A stretch of 64,000 nt of DNA, from the NCBI GenBank assembly GCA_964016885.1, contig OZ024741.1, positions 397,296,001 to 397,360,000 on the forward strand, read 5' to 3'. How positions within the stretch are numbered: the first letter of the stretch is position 1; each line of letters opens with the position of its first letter. The notes beneath the pieces were generated by a model. It was given only the letters and a program-made list of their open reading frames with translations, did no database searches and had not been told where the DNA came from. Shown here one piece after another: positions 15,001 to 30,000 of the stretch. The position numbers and the translations under genes were made by a program. Origin of the DNA: Eledone cirrhosa (lineage: Eukaryota).

Positions 15001-18000
15001 ACTACCTCCCTCTCTCTCACTCTCCCTACCTCTCTCTTTCACTCTCTACCTCCGTCTCTCTCACTCTCCCCATCTCTCTTTTCACTCACTACCTCCGTCT
15101 CTCTCACTCTCCCCATCTCTCTCTTTCAATCACTACCTCCGTCTCTCTCACTCTCCCCTTCTCTCCCTTTCACTCACTACCTCCGTCTCTCTCACTCTCC
15201 CCATCTCTCTCTTTCACTCACTACCTCCGTTTCTCTCACTCTCCCCATCTCTCTTTTCACTCACTACCTCCGTCTCTCTCACTCTCCCCATCTCTCTCTT
15301 TCACTCACTACCTCCGTATCTATCACTCTGCCCATCTCTCACTTTCACTCACTACCTCCGTCTCTCTCACTCTCTCCATCTCTCTTTTCACTCACTACCT
15401 CCGTCTCACTCCCTCTCCCCATCTCTCTTTTTCACTCACTACCTCCGTCTCTCTCACTCTCCCCATCTCTCTCTTTCACTCACTACCTCCGTCTCTATCA
15501 CTCTCCCCATCTCTCTCTTTCACTCACTACCTCCGTCTCTCTCACTCTCCCCATCTCTCACTTTCACTCACTACCACCGTTTCTCTCACTCTCCCCATGT
15601 CTCTCTTTCACTCACTACCTCCATCTCTCTCACTGTCTCCATCTTTCTTTTCACTCACTACCTCCGTCTCTCTCACTCTCCCCATCTCTCTCTTTCATTC
15701 ACTACCTCCGTCTGTCTCACTCTCCCCATCTCTCTCTTTCACTCACTACCTCCGTCCCTCTCACTCTCCGCCATCTCTCTCTCTCACTCACTACCTCCGT
15801 TTCTCTCACTCTCCCCATCTCTCTTTTCACTAACTACCTCCGTCTCTCTCACTCTCCCCATCTCTCTCACTCTCCCCATCTCCCTTTTCACTCACTACCT
15901 CCGTCCCTCTCACTCTCCGCCATCTCTCTCTCTCACTCACTACCTCCGTTTCTCTCACTCTCCCCATCTCTCTTTTCACTAACTACCTCCGTCTCTCTCA
16001 CTCTCCCCATCTCTCTCACTCTCCCCATCTCTCTCTTTCACTCACTACTTCATTTTCTCTCACTCTCCCCATTTCTCACTTTCACTCATTACCTCCGTTT
16101 CTCTCGCTCTCCCCATCTCTCTCTTTCACTCACTACCTATGTCTCTCTTTCTCTCCCCATCTCTCTCTTTCACTCACTACCTCTGCCTCTCTTACTCTCC
16201 CTATCTTTCTCTTTCACTCACTACCTCTATCTCTCTCACTCTCCCCATCTCTCTCTTTCACTCACTACTTCCGTCTCTCTCACACTCCCCATTTCTCTCT
16301 ATCACTCACTACATCCGTCTCTCTCACTCTCCCCATCTCTCTCTTTCACTCACTAAATCCGTCTCTCTCACTCTCCCCATCTCTCTCTTTAACTCACTAC
16401 CTCCGTTTCTTTCACTCTCCCCATATCTCTTTTCCCTCACTACATCCGTCTGTCTCACTCACCCCTTCTCTCTCTTTGACTCACTTCCTCCGTCTCTCTC
16501 ACTCTCCCCCATTTCTCTCTTTCACTCACTACCTCCGTCTCTCTCACTCTCACCATCACTCTCTTTCACTCACTACCTCCGTCTCTCTCACGCTCCCCAT
16601 TTCTCTCTATCACTCACTACATCCGTCTCTCTCACTCTCCCCATCTCTCGCTTTCACTCACTACCTCCGTCTCTCTCACTCTCCCCATCTCTCTCTTTCA
16701 CTCACTACCACCGTCATTCTTACTCTCTCCATCTCTCTCTTTCTGTCACTACCTCTGCCTCTCTTACTCTCCCTATCTCTCTCTTTCACTCACTACCTCC
16801 GTCTCTCTCACTCTCCGCATCTCTCTCTTTCACTCACTACCTGCGTCTCGCTCACTCTCCCCATCTCTCTTTTCACTCACTACCTCCGTCTCTCTCACTC
16901 TCCCCATCTCTCTCTTTCACTCACTACCACCGTCATTCTTACTCTCTCCATCTCTCTCTTTCTGTCACTACCTCTGCCTCTCTTACTCTCCCTATCTCTC
17001 TCTTTCACTCACTACCTCCGTCTCTCTCACTCTCCGCATCTCTCTCTTTCACTCACTACCTCCGTCCCTCTCACTCTCCCCATCTCTCTTTTCACTCACT
17101 ACCTCCGTTTCTCTCACTCTCCTCATCTCTCTTTCACTCACTACCTCCGTCTCTCTCACTCTCCCAATCTCTCTCTTTCACTCACTACCTCCATCTCTCT
17201 CACTCTCCCCATCTCTCTCTTTCACTCACTACCTCCGTTTCTCTCACTCTCCCCATCTCTCTTTTCCCTCACTACCTCTGTCTCTCTCACTCTCCCCATT
17301 TCTCTCTTTCACTCACGACCTCCGTCTCTCTCGCTCTCCCCATCTCTCTCTTTCACTCACTACCTCCGTCTCTCTCACTCTCCCTATCTCTCTCTTTCAC
17401 TCACTACCTCCGTTTCTCTCACTCTCCCCATCTCTCTCTTTCAATCACTACCTCCGTCTCTCTCACTCTCCCCTTCTCTCCCTTTCACTCACTACCTCCG
17501 TCTCTCTCACTCTCCCCATCTCTCTCTTTCACTCACTACCTCCGTTTCTCTCACTCTCCCCATCTCTCTTTTCACTCACTACCTCCGTCTCTCTCACTCT
17601 CCCCATCTCTCTCTTTCACTCACTACCTCCGTATCTATCACTCTGCCCATCTCTCACTTTCACTCACTACCTCCGTCTCTCTCACTCTCTCCATCTCTCT
17701 TTTCACTCACTACCTCCGTCTCACTCCCTCTCCCCATCTCTCTTTTTCACTCACTACCTCCGTCTCTCTCACTCTCCCCATCTCTCTCTTTCACTCACTA
17801 CCTCCGTCTCTATCACTCTCCCCATCTCTCTCTTTCACTCACTACCTCCGTCTCTCTCACTCTCCCCATCTCTCACTTTCACTCACTACCACCGTTTCTC
17901 TCACTCTCCCCATGTCTCTCTTTCACTCACTACCTCCATCTCTCTCACTGTCTCCATCTTTCTTTTCACTCACTACCTCCGTCTCTCTCACTCTCCCCAT

Positions 18001-21000
18001 CTCTCTCTTTCATTCACTACCTCCGTCTGTCTCACTCTCCCCATCTCTCTCTTTCACTCACTACCTCCGTCCCTCTCACTCTCCGTCATCTCTCTCTCTC
18101 ACTCACTACCTCCGTTTCTCTCACTCTCCCCATCTCTCTTTTCACTAACTACCTCCGTCTCTCTCACTCTCCCCATCTCTCTCACTCTCCCCATCTCCCT
18201 TTTCACTCACTACCTCCGTCTCTCTCACTCTCCCCATCTCTCTCTTTCACTCACTACTTCCTTTTCTCTCACTCTCCCCATTTCTCACTTTCACTCATTA
18301 CCTCCGTTTCTCTCGCTCTCCCCATCTCTCTCTTTCACTCACTACCTATGTCTCTCTTTCTCTCCCCATCTCTCTCTTTCACTCACTACCTCTGCCTCTC
18401 TTACTCTCCCTATCTTTCTCTTTCACTCACTACCTCTATCTCTCTCACTCTCCCCATCTCTCTCTTTCACTCACTACTTCCGTCTCTCTCACACTCCCCA
18501 TTTCTCTCTATCACTCACTACATCCGTCACTCTCACTCTCCCCATCTCTCTCTTTCACTCACTAAATCCGTCTCTCTCACTCTCCCCATCTCTCTCTTTA
18601 ACTCACTACCTCCGTTTCTTTCACTCTCCCCATATCTCTTTTCCCTCACTACATCCGTCTGTCTCACTCACCCCTTCTCTCTCTTTGACTCACTTCCTCC
18701 GTCTCTCTCACTCTCCCCCATTTCTCTCTTTCACTCACTACCTCCGTCTCTCTCACTCTCACCATCACTCTCTTTCACTCACTACCTCCGTCTCTCTCAC
18801 GCTCCCCATTTCTCTCTATCACTCACTACATCCGTCTCTCTCACTCTCCCCATCTCTCGCTTTCACTCACTACCTCCGTCTCTCTCACTCTCCCCATCTC
18901 TCTCTTTCACTCACTACCACCGTCATTCTTACTCTCTCCATCTCTCTCTTTCTGTCACTACCTCTGCCTCTCTTACTCTCCCTATCTCTCTCTTTCACTC
19001 ACTACCTCCGTCTCTCTCACTCTCCGCATCTCTCTCTTTCACTCACTACCTGCGTCTCGCTCACTCTCCCCATCTCTCTTTTCACTCACTACCTCCGTTT
19101 CTCTCACTCTCCCTACCTCTCTCTTTCACTCTCTACCTCCGTCCCTCTCACTCTCCCCATCTCTCTTTTCACTCACTACCTCCGTTTCTCTCACTCTCCT
19201 CATCTCTCTTTCACTCACTACCTCCGTCTCTCTCACTCTCCCAGTCTCTCTCTTTCACTCACTACCTCCATCTCTCTCACTCTCCCCATCTCTCTCTTTC
19301 ACTCACTACCTCCGTTTCTCTCACTCTCCCCATCTCTCTTTTCCCTCACTACCTCTGTCTCTCTCACTCTCCCCATTTCTCTCTTTCACTCACGACCTCC
19401 GTCTCTCTCGCTCTCCCCATCTCTCTCTTTCACTCACTACCTCCGTCTCTCTCACTCTCCCTATCTCTCTCTTTCTCTCACTACCTCCGTTTCTCTCACT
19501 CTCCCCATCTCTCTCTTTCACTCACTACCTCCGTCTCTCTCATTCTCCCATCTCTCTCTTTCACTCACTACCTCCGTCTCTCTCACTCTCCCCATCTCTC
19601 TCTTTCACTCACTACCTCCGTCTCTCTTACTCTCCCCATCTCTCTCTTTCACTCTCTACATCTGCCTCTCTTACTCTCCCTATCTCTCTCTTTCACTCAC
19701 TACCTCCATCTCTCTCACTCTCCCCATCTCTCTCTTTCACTCACTACCTCCATCTCTCTCATTCTCCCATTTCTCTCTTTCACTCACTACCTCCGCCTCT
19801 CTCACTCTCCCTATCTCTCTCTTTCACTCACTACCTCCATCTCTCTCACTCTCCCCATCTCTCTCTTTCAATCACCAGCTCCTTCTCTCTCACTCTCCTA
19901 TTTCTCTATTTCACTCACTACCTCCATCTCTCTCAATCTCCCATCTCTCTCTTTCACTCACTACCTCCATCTCTCTCACACTCCCCATCTCTCTCTTTCA
20001 CTCACTACCTCCATCTCTCTCACTCTCCCATCTCTCACTTTCACTCACTAACTCCATCTCTCTCACTCTCCCAATCTCTCTCACTCTCCCATCTCTCTCT
20101 TTCGCTCACTACCTCCGTCTCTCTCACTCTCCCTATCTTTCTCTTTCACTCACTACCTCCGTCTCTCTCACTCTCCCTATCTCTCTTTCAGTCACTAACT
20201 CCGTCTCTCTCACTCTCCCTACCTCTCACTTTCACTCTCTACCTCCGTCTCTCTCACTCTCCCCATCTCTCTTTTCACTCACTACCTCCGTCTCTCTCAC
20301 TCTCCCCATCTCTCTCTTTCAATCACTACCTCCGTCTCTCTCACTCTCCCCTTCTCTCTCTTTCACTCACTACCTCCGTCTCTCTCACTCTCCCTACCTC
20401 TCTCTTTCACTCTCTACCTCCGTCTCTCTCACTCTCCCCATCTCTCTTTTCACTCACTACCTCCGTCTCTCTCACTCTCCCCATCTCTCTCTTTCAATCA
20501 CTACCTCCGTCTCTCTCACTCTCCCCTTCTCTCACTTTCACTCACTACCTCCGTCTCTCTCACTCTCTCCATCTCTCTTTTCACTCACTACCTCCGTCTC
20601 TCTCACTCTCCCCATCTCTCTTTTTCACTCACTACCTCCGTCTCTCTCACTCTCCCCATCTCTCTCTTTCACTCACTACCTCCGTCTCTATCACTCTCCC
20701 CATCTCTCTCTTTCACTCACTACCTCCGTCTCTCTCACTCTCCCCATCTCTCACTTTCACTCACTACCACCGTTTCTCTCACTCTCCCCATCTCTCTCTT
20801 TCACTCACTACCTCCATCTCTCTCACTGTCTCCATCTTTCTTTTCACTCACTACCTCCGTCCCTCTCACTCTCCGCCATCTCTCTCTCTCACTCACTACC
20901 TCCGTTTCTCTCACTCTCCCCATCTCTCTTTTCACTAACTACCTCCGTCTCTCTCACTCTCCCCATCTCTCTCACTCTCCCCATGTCTCTTTTCACTCAC

Positions 21001-24000
21001 TACCTCCGTCTCTCTCACTCTCCCCATCTCTCTCTTTCACTCACTACTTCCTTTTCTCTCACTCTCCCCATTTCTCACTTTCACTCATTACCTCCGTTTC
21101 TCTCGCTCTCCCCATCTCTCTCTTTCACTCACTACCTATGTCTCTCTTTCTCTCCCCATCTCTCTCTTTCACTCACTACCTCTGCCTCTCTTACTCTCCC
21201 TATCTTTCTCTTTCACTCACTACCTCTATCTCTCTCACTCTCCCCATCTCTCTCTTTCACTCACTACTTCCGTCTCTCTCACACTCCCCATTTCTCTCTA
21301 TCACTCACTACATCCGTCTCTCTCACTCTCCCCATCTCTCTCTTTCACTCACTAAATCCGTCTCTCTCACTCTCCCCATCTCTCTCTTTAACTCACTACC
21401 TCTGTTTCTCTCACTCTCCCCATCTCACTCTTTCACTCACTACCTCCGTCTCTCTCACTCTCCCATTTCTCTCTTTCACTCACCACCTCCGTCTCTCTCA
21501 CTCTCCTATTTCTCTCTTTCACTCACTACCTACATCTCTCTCACTCTCCCTACCTCTCTCTTTCACTCACTACCTCCATATCTCTCACTCTCTCCATCTC
21601 TCTTTTCACTCACTACCTCCGTCTCACTGCCTCTCCCCATCTCTCTCTTTCACTCACTACCTCTGTCTTTCTCACTCTCCCCAACTCCCTCTTTCACTCA
21701 CTACCTCCGTCTCTATCACTCTCCCCATCTCTCTCTTTCACTCACTACCTCCGTCTCTCTCACTCTCCCCATCTCTCACTTTCACTCACTACCTCCGTTT
21801 CTCTCACTCTCCCCATCTCTCTCTTTCACTCACTACCTCCATCTCTCTCAATGTCTCCATCTCTCTTTTCGCTCACTACCTCCGTCTCTCTCACTCTCCC
21901 CATCTCTCTCTTTCATTCACTACCTCCGTCTCTCTCACTCTCCACATCTCTCTCTTTCACTCACTACCTCCGTCCCTCTCACTCTCCCCATCTCTCTCTC
22001 TCACTCACTACCTCCGTTTCTCTCACTCTCCCCATCTCTCTTTTCACTCACTAGCTCCGTCTCTCTCACTCTCCTCATCTCTCTCACTCTCCCCATCTCT
22101 CTTTTCACTCACTACCTCCGTCTCTCTCACTCTCCCCATCTCTCTCTTTCACTCACTACCTCCGTCTCTCTTACTCTCCCCATCTCTCTCTTTCACTCTC
22201 TACATCTGCCTCTCTTACTCTCCCTATCTCTCTCTTTCACTCACTACCTCCATCTCTCTCACTCTCCCCATCTCTCTCTTTCACTCACTACCTCCATCTC
22301 TCTCATTCTCCCATTTCTCTCTTTCACTCACTACCTCCGCCTCTCTCACTCTCCCTATCTCTCTCTTTCACTCACTACCTCCATCTCTCTCACTCTCCCC
22401 ATCTCTCTCTTTCAATCACCAGCTCCTTCTCTCTCACTCTCCTATTTCTCTATTTCACTCACTACCTCCATCTCTCTCAATCTCCCATCTCTCTCTTTCA
22501 CTCACTACCTCCATCTCTCTCACACTCCCCATCTCTCTCTTTCACTCACTACCTCCATCTCTCTCACTCTCCCATCTCTCACTTTCACTCACTAACTCCA
22601 TCTCTCTCACTCTCCCAATCTCTCTCACTCTCCCATCTCTCTCTTTCGCTCACTACCTCCGTCTCTCTCACTCTCCCTATCTTTCTCTTTCACTCACTAC
22701 CTCCGTCTCTCTCACTCTCCCTATCTCTCTTTCAGTCACTACCTCCGTCTCTCTCACTCTCCCTACCTCTCTCTTTCACTCTCTACCTCCGTCTCTCTCA
22801 CTCTCCCCATCTCTCTTTTCACTCACTACCTCCGTCTCTCTCACTCTCCCCATCTCTATCTTTCAATCACTACCTCCGTCTCTCTCACTCTCCCTACCTC
22901 TCTCTTTCACTCTCTACCTCCGTCTCTCTCACTCTCCCAATCTCTCTTTTCACTCACTACCTCCGTCTCTCTCACTCTCCCCATCTCTCTCTTTCAATCA
23001 CTACCTCCGTCTCTCTCACTCTCCCCTTCTCTCACTTTCACTCACTACCTCCGTCTCTCTCACTCTCTCCATCTCTCTTTTCACTCACTACCTCCGTCTC
23101 TCTCACTCTCCCCATCTCTCTTTTTCACTCACTACCTCCGTCTCTCTCACTCTCCCCATCTCTCTCTTTCACTCACTACCTCCGTCTCTATCACTCTCCC
23201 CATCTCTCTCTTTCACTCACTACCTCCGTCTCTCTCACTCTCCCCATCTCTCACTTTCACTCACTACCACCGTTTCTCTCACTCTCCCCATCTCTCTCTT
23301 TCACTCACTACCTCCATCTCTCTCACTGTCTCCATCTTTCTTTTCACTCACTACCTCCGTCCCTCTCACTCTCCGCCATCTCTCTCTCTCACTCACTACC
23401 TCCGTTTCTCTCACTCTCCCCATCTCTCTTTTCACTAACTACCTCCGTCTCTCTCACTCTCCCCATCTCTCTCACTCTCCCCATCTCTCTTTTCACTCAC
23501 TACCTCCGATTCTCTCACTCTCCCCATCTCTCTCTTTCACTCACTACTTCCTTTTCTCTCACTCTCCCCATTTCTCACTTTCACTCATTACCTCCGTTTC
23601 TCTCGCTCTCCCCATCTCTCTCTTTCACTCACTACCTATGTCTCTCTTTCTCTCCCCATCTCTCTCTTTCACACACTACCTCTGCCTCTCTTACTCTCCC
23701 CATCTCTCTCTTTCACTCACTACTTCCGTCTCCCTCACACTCCCCATTTCTCTCTATCACTCACTACATCCGTCTCTCTCACTCTCCCCATCTCTCTCTT
23801 TCACTCACTAAATCCGTCTCTCTCACTCTCCCCATCTCTCTCTTTAACTCACTACCTCTGTTTCTCTCACTCTCCCCATCTCTCTCTTTCACTCACTACT
23901 TCCATCTCTCTCACACTCCCCATTTCTCTCTATCACTCACTACATCCGTCTCTCTCACTCTCCCCATCTCTCTCTTTCACTCACTAAATCCGTCTCTCTC

Positions 24001-27000
24001 ACTCTCCCCATCTCTCTCTTTAACTCACTACCTCCGTCTCTCTCACTCTCCCATTTCTCTCTTTCACTCACCACCTCCGTCTCTCTCACTCTCCTATTTC
24101 TCTCTTTCACTCACTACCTACATCTCTCTCACTCTCCCTACCTCTCTCTTTCACTCACTACCTCCATATCTCTCACTCTCTCCATCTCTCTTTTCACTCA
24201 CTACCTCCGTCTCACTGCCTCTCCCCATCTCTCTCTTTCACTCACTACCTCTGTCTTTCTCACTCTCCCCATCTCTCTCTTTCACTCACTACTTCCGTCT
24301 CTCTCACACTCCCCATTTCTCTCTATCACTCACTACATCCGTCTCTCTCACACTCCCCATTTCTCTCTATCACTCACTACATCCGTCTCTCTCACTCTCC
24401 CCATCTCTCACTTTCACTCACTACCTCCGTTTCTCTCACTCTCCCCATCTCTCTCTTTCACTCACTACCTCCATCTCTCTCAATGTCTCCATCTCTCTTT
24501 TCGCTCACTACCTCCGTCTCTCTCACTCTCCCCATCTCTCTCTTTCATTCACTACCTCCGTCTCTCTCACTCTCCCCATCTCTCTCTTTCACTCACTACC
24601 TCCGTCCCTCTCACTCTCCCCATCTCTCTCTCTCACTCACTACCTCCGTTTCTCTCACTCTCCCCATCTCTCTTTTCACTCACTAGCTCCGTCTCTCTCA
24701 CTCTCCTCATCTCTCTCACTCTCCCCATCTCTCTTTTCACTCACTACCTCCGTCTCTCTCACTCTCCCCATCTCTCTCTTTCACTCACTACTTCCTTTTC
24801 TCTCACTCTCCCCATTTCTCACTTTCAATCATTACCTCCGTTTCTCTCGCTCTCCCCATCTCTCTCTTTCACTCACTACCTATGTCTCTCTTTCTCTCCC
24901 CATCTCTCTCTTTCACTCACTACCTCTGCCTCTCTTACTCTCCCTATCTCTCTCTTTCACTCACTACCTCTATCTCTCTCACTCTCCCCATCACTCTCTT
25001 TCACTCACTACTTCCGTCTCTCTCACTCTCCCCATCTCTCACTCTCACTCACTACCTCCGTTTCGCACACTCTCCCTATCTCTCTCTTTCACTCACTACC
25101 TCCGTCTCTCTCACTCACCCCATCTCTCTCTTTCACTCACTACCTCCGTCTCTCTCACTATCCCCATCTCTCACTTTCACTCACTAACTCCGTTTCTCTC
25201 ACTCTCCCCATCTCTCTCTTTCAATCACTACCTCCGTCTCTCTCACTCACCACGTCTCTCTCTTTCACTCACTACCTCCGTCTCTCTCTCTCCCTATCTC
25301 TCTCTTTCACTCACTACCTCCGTCTCTCTCACTCTCCCCATCTCTCGCTTTCACTCACTACCTCCGTCTCTCTCACTCTCCCCATCTCTCTCTTTCACTC
25401 ACTACCTCCGGCTCCCTCACTCTCCCTATTTTTCTCTTTCACTCACTACATCCATCTCTCTCACACTCCCCATCTCTCTCTTTCACTCACTAAATCCGTC
25501 TCTCTCACTCTCCCCATCTCTCTCTTTAACTCACTACCTCCGTTTCTCTCACTCTCCCCATCTCATTCTTTCACTCACTACCTCCGTCTCACTCACTCTT
25601 CCCATCTCTCTCTTTCACTCACTACCTACGTCTCTCTCACTCTCCCATTTCTCTCTTTCACTCACCACCTCCGTCTCTCTCACTCTCCTATTTCTCTCTT
25701 TCACTTACTGCCTACATCTCTCTCACTCTCCCTACCTCTCTCTTTCACTCACTACCTCCATCTCTCTCACTCTCTCCATCTCTCTTTTCACTCACTACCT
25801 CCGTCTCACTCCCTCTCCCCATCTCTCTCTTTCACTCACTACCTCCGTCTCTCTCACTCTCCCCATCTCTCTCTTTCACTCACTACCTCCGTTTCTCTCA
25901 CTCTCCCCATTTCTCACTTTCACTCACTACCTCCGTTTCTCTCGCTCTCCCCATCTCTCTCTTTCACTCATTACCTCCGTCTCTCTCACTCACCCCATCT
26001 CTCTCTTTTACTCACTACCGCCGTCTCTCTCACTCACCCCGTCTCTCTCTTTCACTCACTACCTCCGTCTCTCTCACTCTGCCCATCTCTCGCTTTCACT
26101 CACTACCTCCGTCTCTCTCACTCTCCCCATCTCTCTCTTTCACTCACTACCACCGTCATTCTTACTCTCCCCATCTCTCTCATTCACTCACTACCTCTGC
26201 CTCTCTTACTCTCCCTATCTCTCTCTTTCACTCACTACCTCCGTCTCTCTCACTCTCCCCATCTCTCTCTTTCACTCACTACCTCCGTCTCTTTCACTCT
26301 CCCATTTCTCCCTTTCACTCACTACCTCCGTCTCTCTCACTCCCCCCATCTCTCTTTTTCACTCACTACCTACGTCTCTCTCACTCTCCCTATCTTTCAC
26401 TTTCACTCACTACCTCCATCTCTCTCACTCTCCGCATTTCACTCTATCATTCACTACATCCGTCTCTCTCACTCTCCCCATCTCTCGCTTTCACTCACTA
26501 CCTCCGTCTCTCTCACTCTCCCCATCTCTCTCTTTCACTCACTACCTATGTCTCTCTTTCTCTCCCCATCTCTCTCTTTCACTCACTACCTCTGCCTCTC
26601 TTACTCTCCCTATCTCTCTCTTTCACTCACTACCTCCATCTCTCTCACTCTCCCCATCTCTCTCTTTCACTCACTACCTCCGCCTCTCTCACTCACCACG
26701 TCTCTCTCTTTTACTCAGTACCTCCGTCTCTCTCTCTCCTTATCTCTCGCTTTCACTCACTACCTCCGTCTCTCTCACTCTCCCCACCTCTCTCTTTCAC
26801 TCACTACCTCCGTCTCTCTCACTCTCCCCATCTCTCACTTTCACTCACTCCCTCCGTATCTCTCACTCTCCCCATCTCTCTATTTCACTCACTACCTCCG
26901 TATCTCTCACTCTCCCATCTCTCTCTTTCACTCACTACCTCCGTCGCTCTCACCCTCCCTATCTTTCTCTTTCACTCACTACCTGCGTCTCTCTCACTTT

Positions 27001-30000
27001 CCCATTTCTCTCTTTCACTCACTACCTCCGTCTCTCTCACTCTCCCATTTCTCTCTTTCACTCACTACCTCCGTTTCTCTCACTCTCCCCATCTCTCTTT
27101 TCACTCACTACCTCCGTCTCTCTCACTCTCCCCATCTCTCTCTTTCACTCACTACTTCCTTTTCTCTCACTCTCCCCATTTCTCACTTTCACTCATTACC
27201 TCCGTTTCTCTCGCTCTCCCCATCTCTCTCTTTCACTCACTTCCTATGTCTCTCTTTCTCTCCCCATCTCTCTCTTTCACTCACTACCTCTGCCTCTATT
27301 ACTCTCCCTATCTCTCTCTTTCACTCACTACCTCTATCTCTCACACTCTCCCCATCTCTCTCTTTCACTCACTACTTCCGTCTCTCTCACTCTCCCCATC
27401 TCTCACTCTCACTCACTACCTCCGTTTCTCTCACTCTCCCTATCTCTCTCTTTCACTCACTACCTCCGTCTCTCTCACTCACCCCATCTCTCTCTTTCAC
27501 TCACTACCTCCGTCTCTCTCACTCTCCCCATCTCTCACTTTCACTCACTAACTCCGTTTCGCTCACTCTCCCCATCTCTCTCTTTCACTCACTACCTCCG
27601 TCTCTCTCACTCACCACGTCTCTCTCTTTCACTCACTACCTCCGTCTCTCTCTCTCCCTATCTCTCTCTTTCACTCACTACCTCCGTCTCTCTCACTCTC
27701 CCCATCTCTCGCTTTCACTCACTACCTCCGTCTCTCTCACTCTCCCCATCTCTCTCTTTCACTCACTACCTCCGTCTCCCTCACTCTCCCTATCTTTCTC
27801 TTTCACTCACTACATCCGTCTCTCTCACTCACCCCATCTCTCTCTTTCACTCACTACCGCCGTCTCTCTCACTCACCCCGTCTCTCTCTTTCAATCACTA
27901 CCTCCGTCTCTCTCACTCTGCCCATCTCTCGCTTTCACTCACTACCTCCGTCTCTCTCACTCTCCCCATTTCTCTCTTTCACTCACTACCTACGTCTCTC
28001 TCACTCTCCCTATCTTTTACTTTCACTCACTACCTCCATCTCTCTCACTCTCCGCATTTCTCTCTATTATTCACTACATCCGTCTCTCTCACTCTCCCCA
28101 TCTCTCTCTTTCACTCACTACCTATGTCTCTCTTTCTCTCCCCATCTCTCTCTTTCACTCACTACCTCTGCCTCTCTTACTCTCCCTATTTCTCTCTTTC
28201 ACTCACTACCTCCATCTCTCTCACTCTCCCCATCTCTCTCTTTCACTCACTACCTCCGCCTCTCTCACTCACCACGTCTCTCTCTTTCACTCACTACCTC
28301 CGTCTCTTTCTCTCCCTGTCTCTCGCTTTCACTCACTACCTACGTCTCTCTCACTCTCCCCATCTCTCTCTTTCACTCACTACCTCCGTCTCTCTCACTC
28401 TCCCCATCTCTCTCTTTCACTCACTACCTCCGTCTCTCTTACTCTCCCCATCTCCCTCTTTAACTCACTACCTCTGCCTCTCTTTCACTCTCTTTCACTT
28501 CTCTCTTTCACTTCTCTCTTTCACCTCTCTCTTTCACTTCTCTCTTTCACTTCTCTCTCTTTCACTCACTACCCCCGTCTCTCTCACTCTCCCCATCTCT
28601 CTCTTTCACTCACCACCTCCGTCTCTCTCACTCTCCCCAACTCTCTCTTTCACTCACTACCTCCGGGTCTCTCACTCTCCCCATCTCTCTCTTTCACTCA
28701 CTACCTCCGTCTATTTCACTCTCCCCATCTCTCTCTTTCACTTACTACCTCCGTCTCTCTCACTCTCCCCATCTCTCTCTTTCACTCACTACATTCGTCT
28801 TTCTCACTCTCCCCATCTCTCTCTTTCTTTCACTACCTCCGTCTCTCTCACTCTCCCCATCTCTCTCTTTCACTCACTACCTCCGTCTCTCTCACTCTCC
28901 CCATCTCTCTCTTTCACTCACTACCTCCGATCTCTCACTCTCCCCGTCTCTCTCTTTCACTCACTACCTCCGTCTCTCTCACTCTCCCCGTCTCTCTCTT
29001 TCACTCACTGCCTCCGTCTCTCTCTCTCTCCCCGTCTCTCTCATTCACTCACTACCTCCGTCTATCTCCCTCTACCCATCTCTCTCTTTCACTCACTACC
29101 TCCGTCTGTCTCACTCACCCCTTCTCTCTCTTTCACTCACTTCCTCCGTCTCTCTCACTCTCCCTATCTCTCTCTTTCACTCACTACCTCCGTCTCTCTC
29201 ATTCTCCCTACCTCTCTCTTTCACTCACTACCTCCATCTCTGTCACTCACCCCATCTCTCCTTTCACTCACTACCTCCGTCTCTCTCACTCTCTCCATCT
29301 CACTCTTTCACTCACTACCTCCGTCTCTCTCACTCTCCCCATCTCTCTCTTTCACTCACTACCTCCGTCTCTCTCACTCTCCCCATCTCTCTTTTTCACT
29401 CACTACCTCCGTTTCTCTCACTCTCCCCATATCTCTTTTCCCTCACTACCTCCGTCTGTCTCACTCACCCCTTCTCTCTCTTTGACTCACTTCCTCCGTC
29501 TCTCGCACTCTCCCCATTTCTCTCTTTCACTCACTACCTCCGTCTCTCTCACTCTCCCCATCTCTCTCTTTCACTTACTACCTCCGTCTCTCTTATTCTC
29601 CCCATCTCTCTCTTTCACTCACTACCTCTGCCTCTCTTACTCTCCCTATCTCTCTCTTTCACTCACTACCTCCGTCTCTCTCACTCTCCGCATCTCTCTC
29701 TTTCACTTACTACCTCCGTCTCTTTCACTCTCCCATTTCTCTCTTTCACTCACTACCTCCGTCTCTCTCACTCTCCCCATCTCTCTTTTTCACTTACTAC
29801 CTCCGTCTCTCTCACTCTCCCCATCTCTCTCTTTCACTCACTACCTCCGGGTCTCTCACTCTCCCCATCTCGCTCTTTCACTCACTACCTCCGTTTCTCT
29901 CACTCTCCCCATCTCTCTCTTTCACTCACTACCTCCGTCTATTTCACTCTCCCCATCTCTCTCTTTCACTTACTACCTCCGTCTCTCTCACTCTCCCCAT

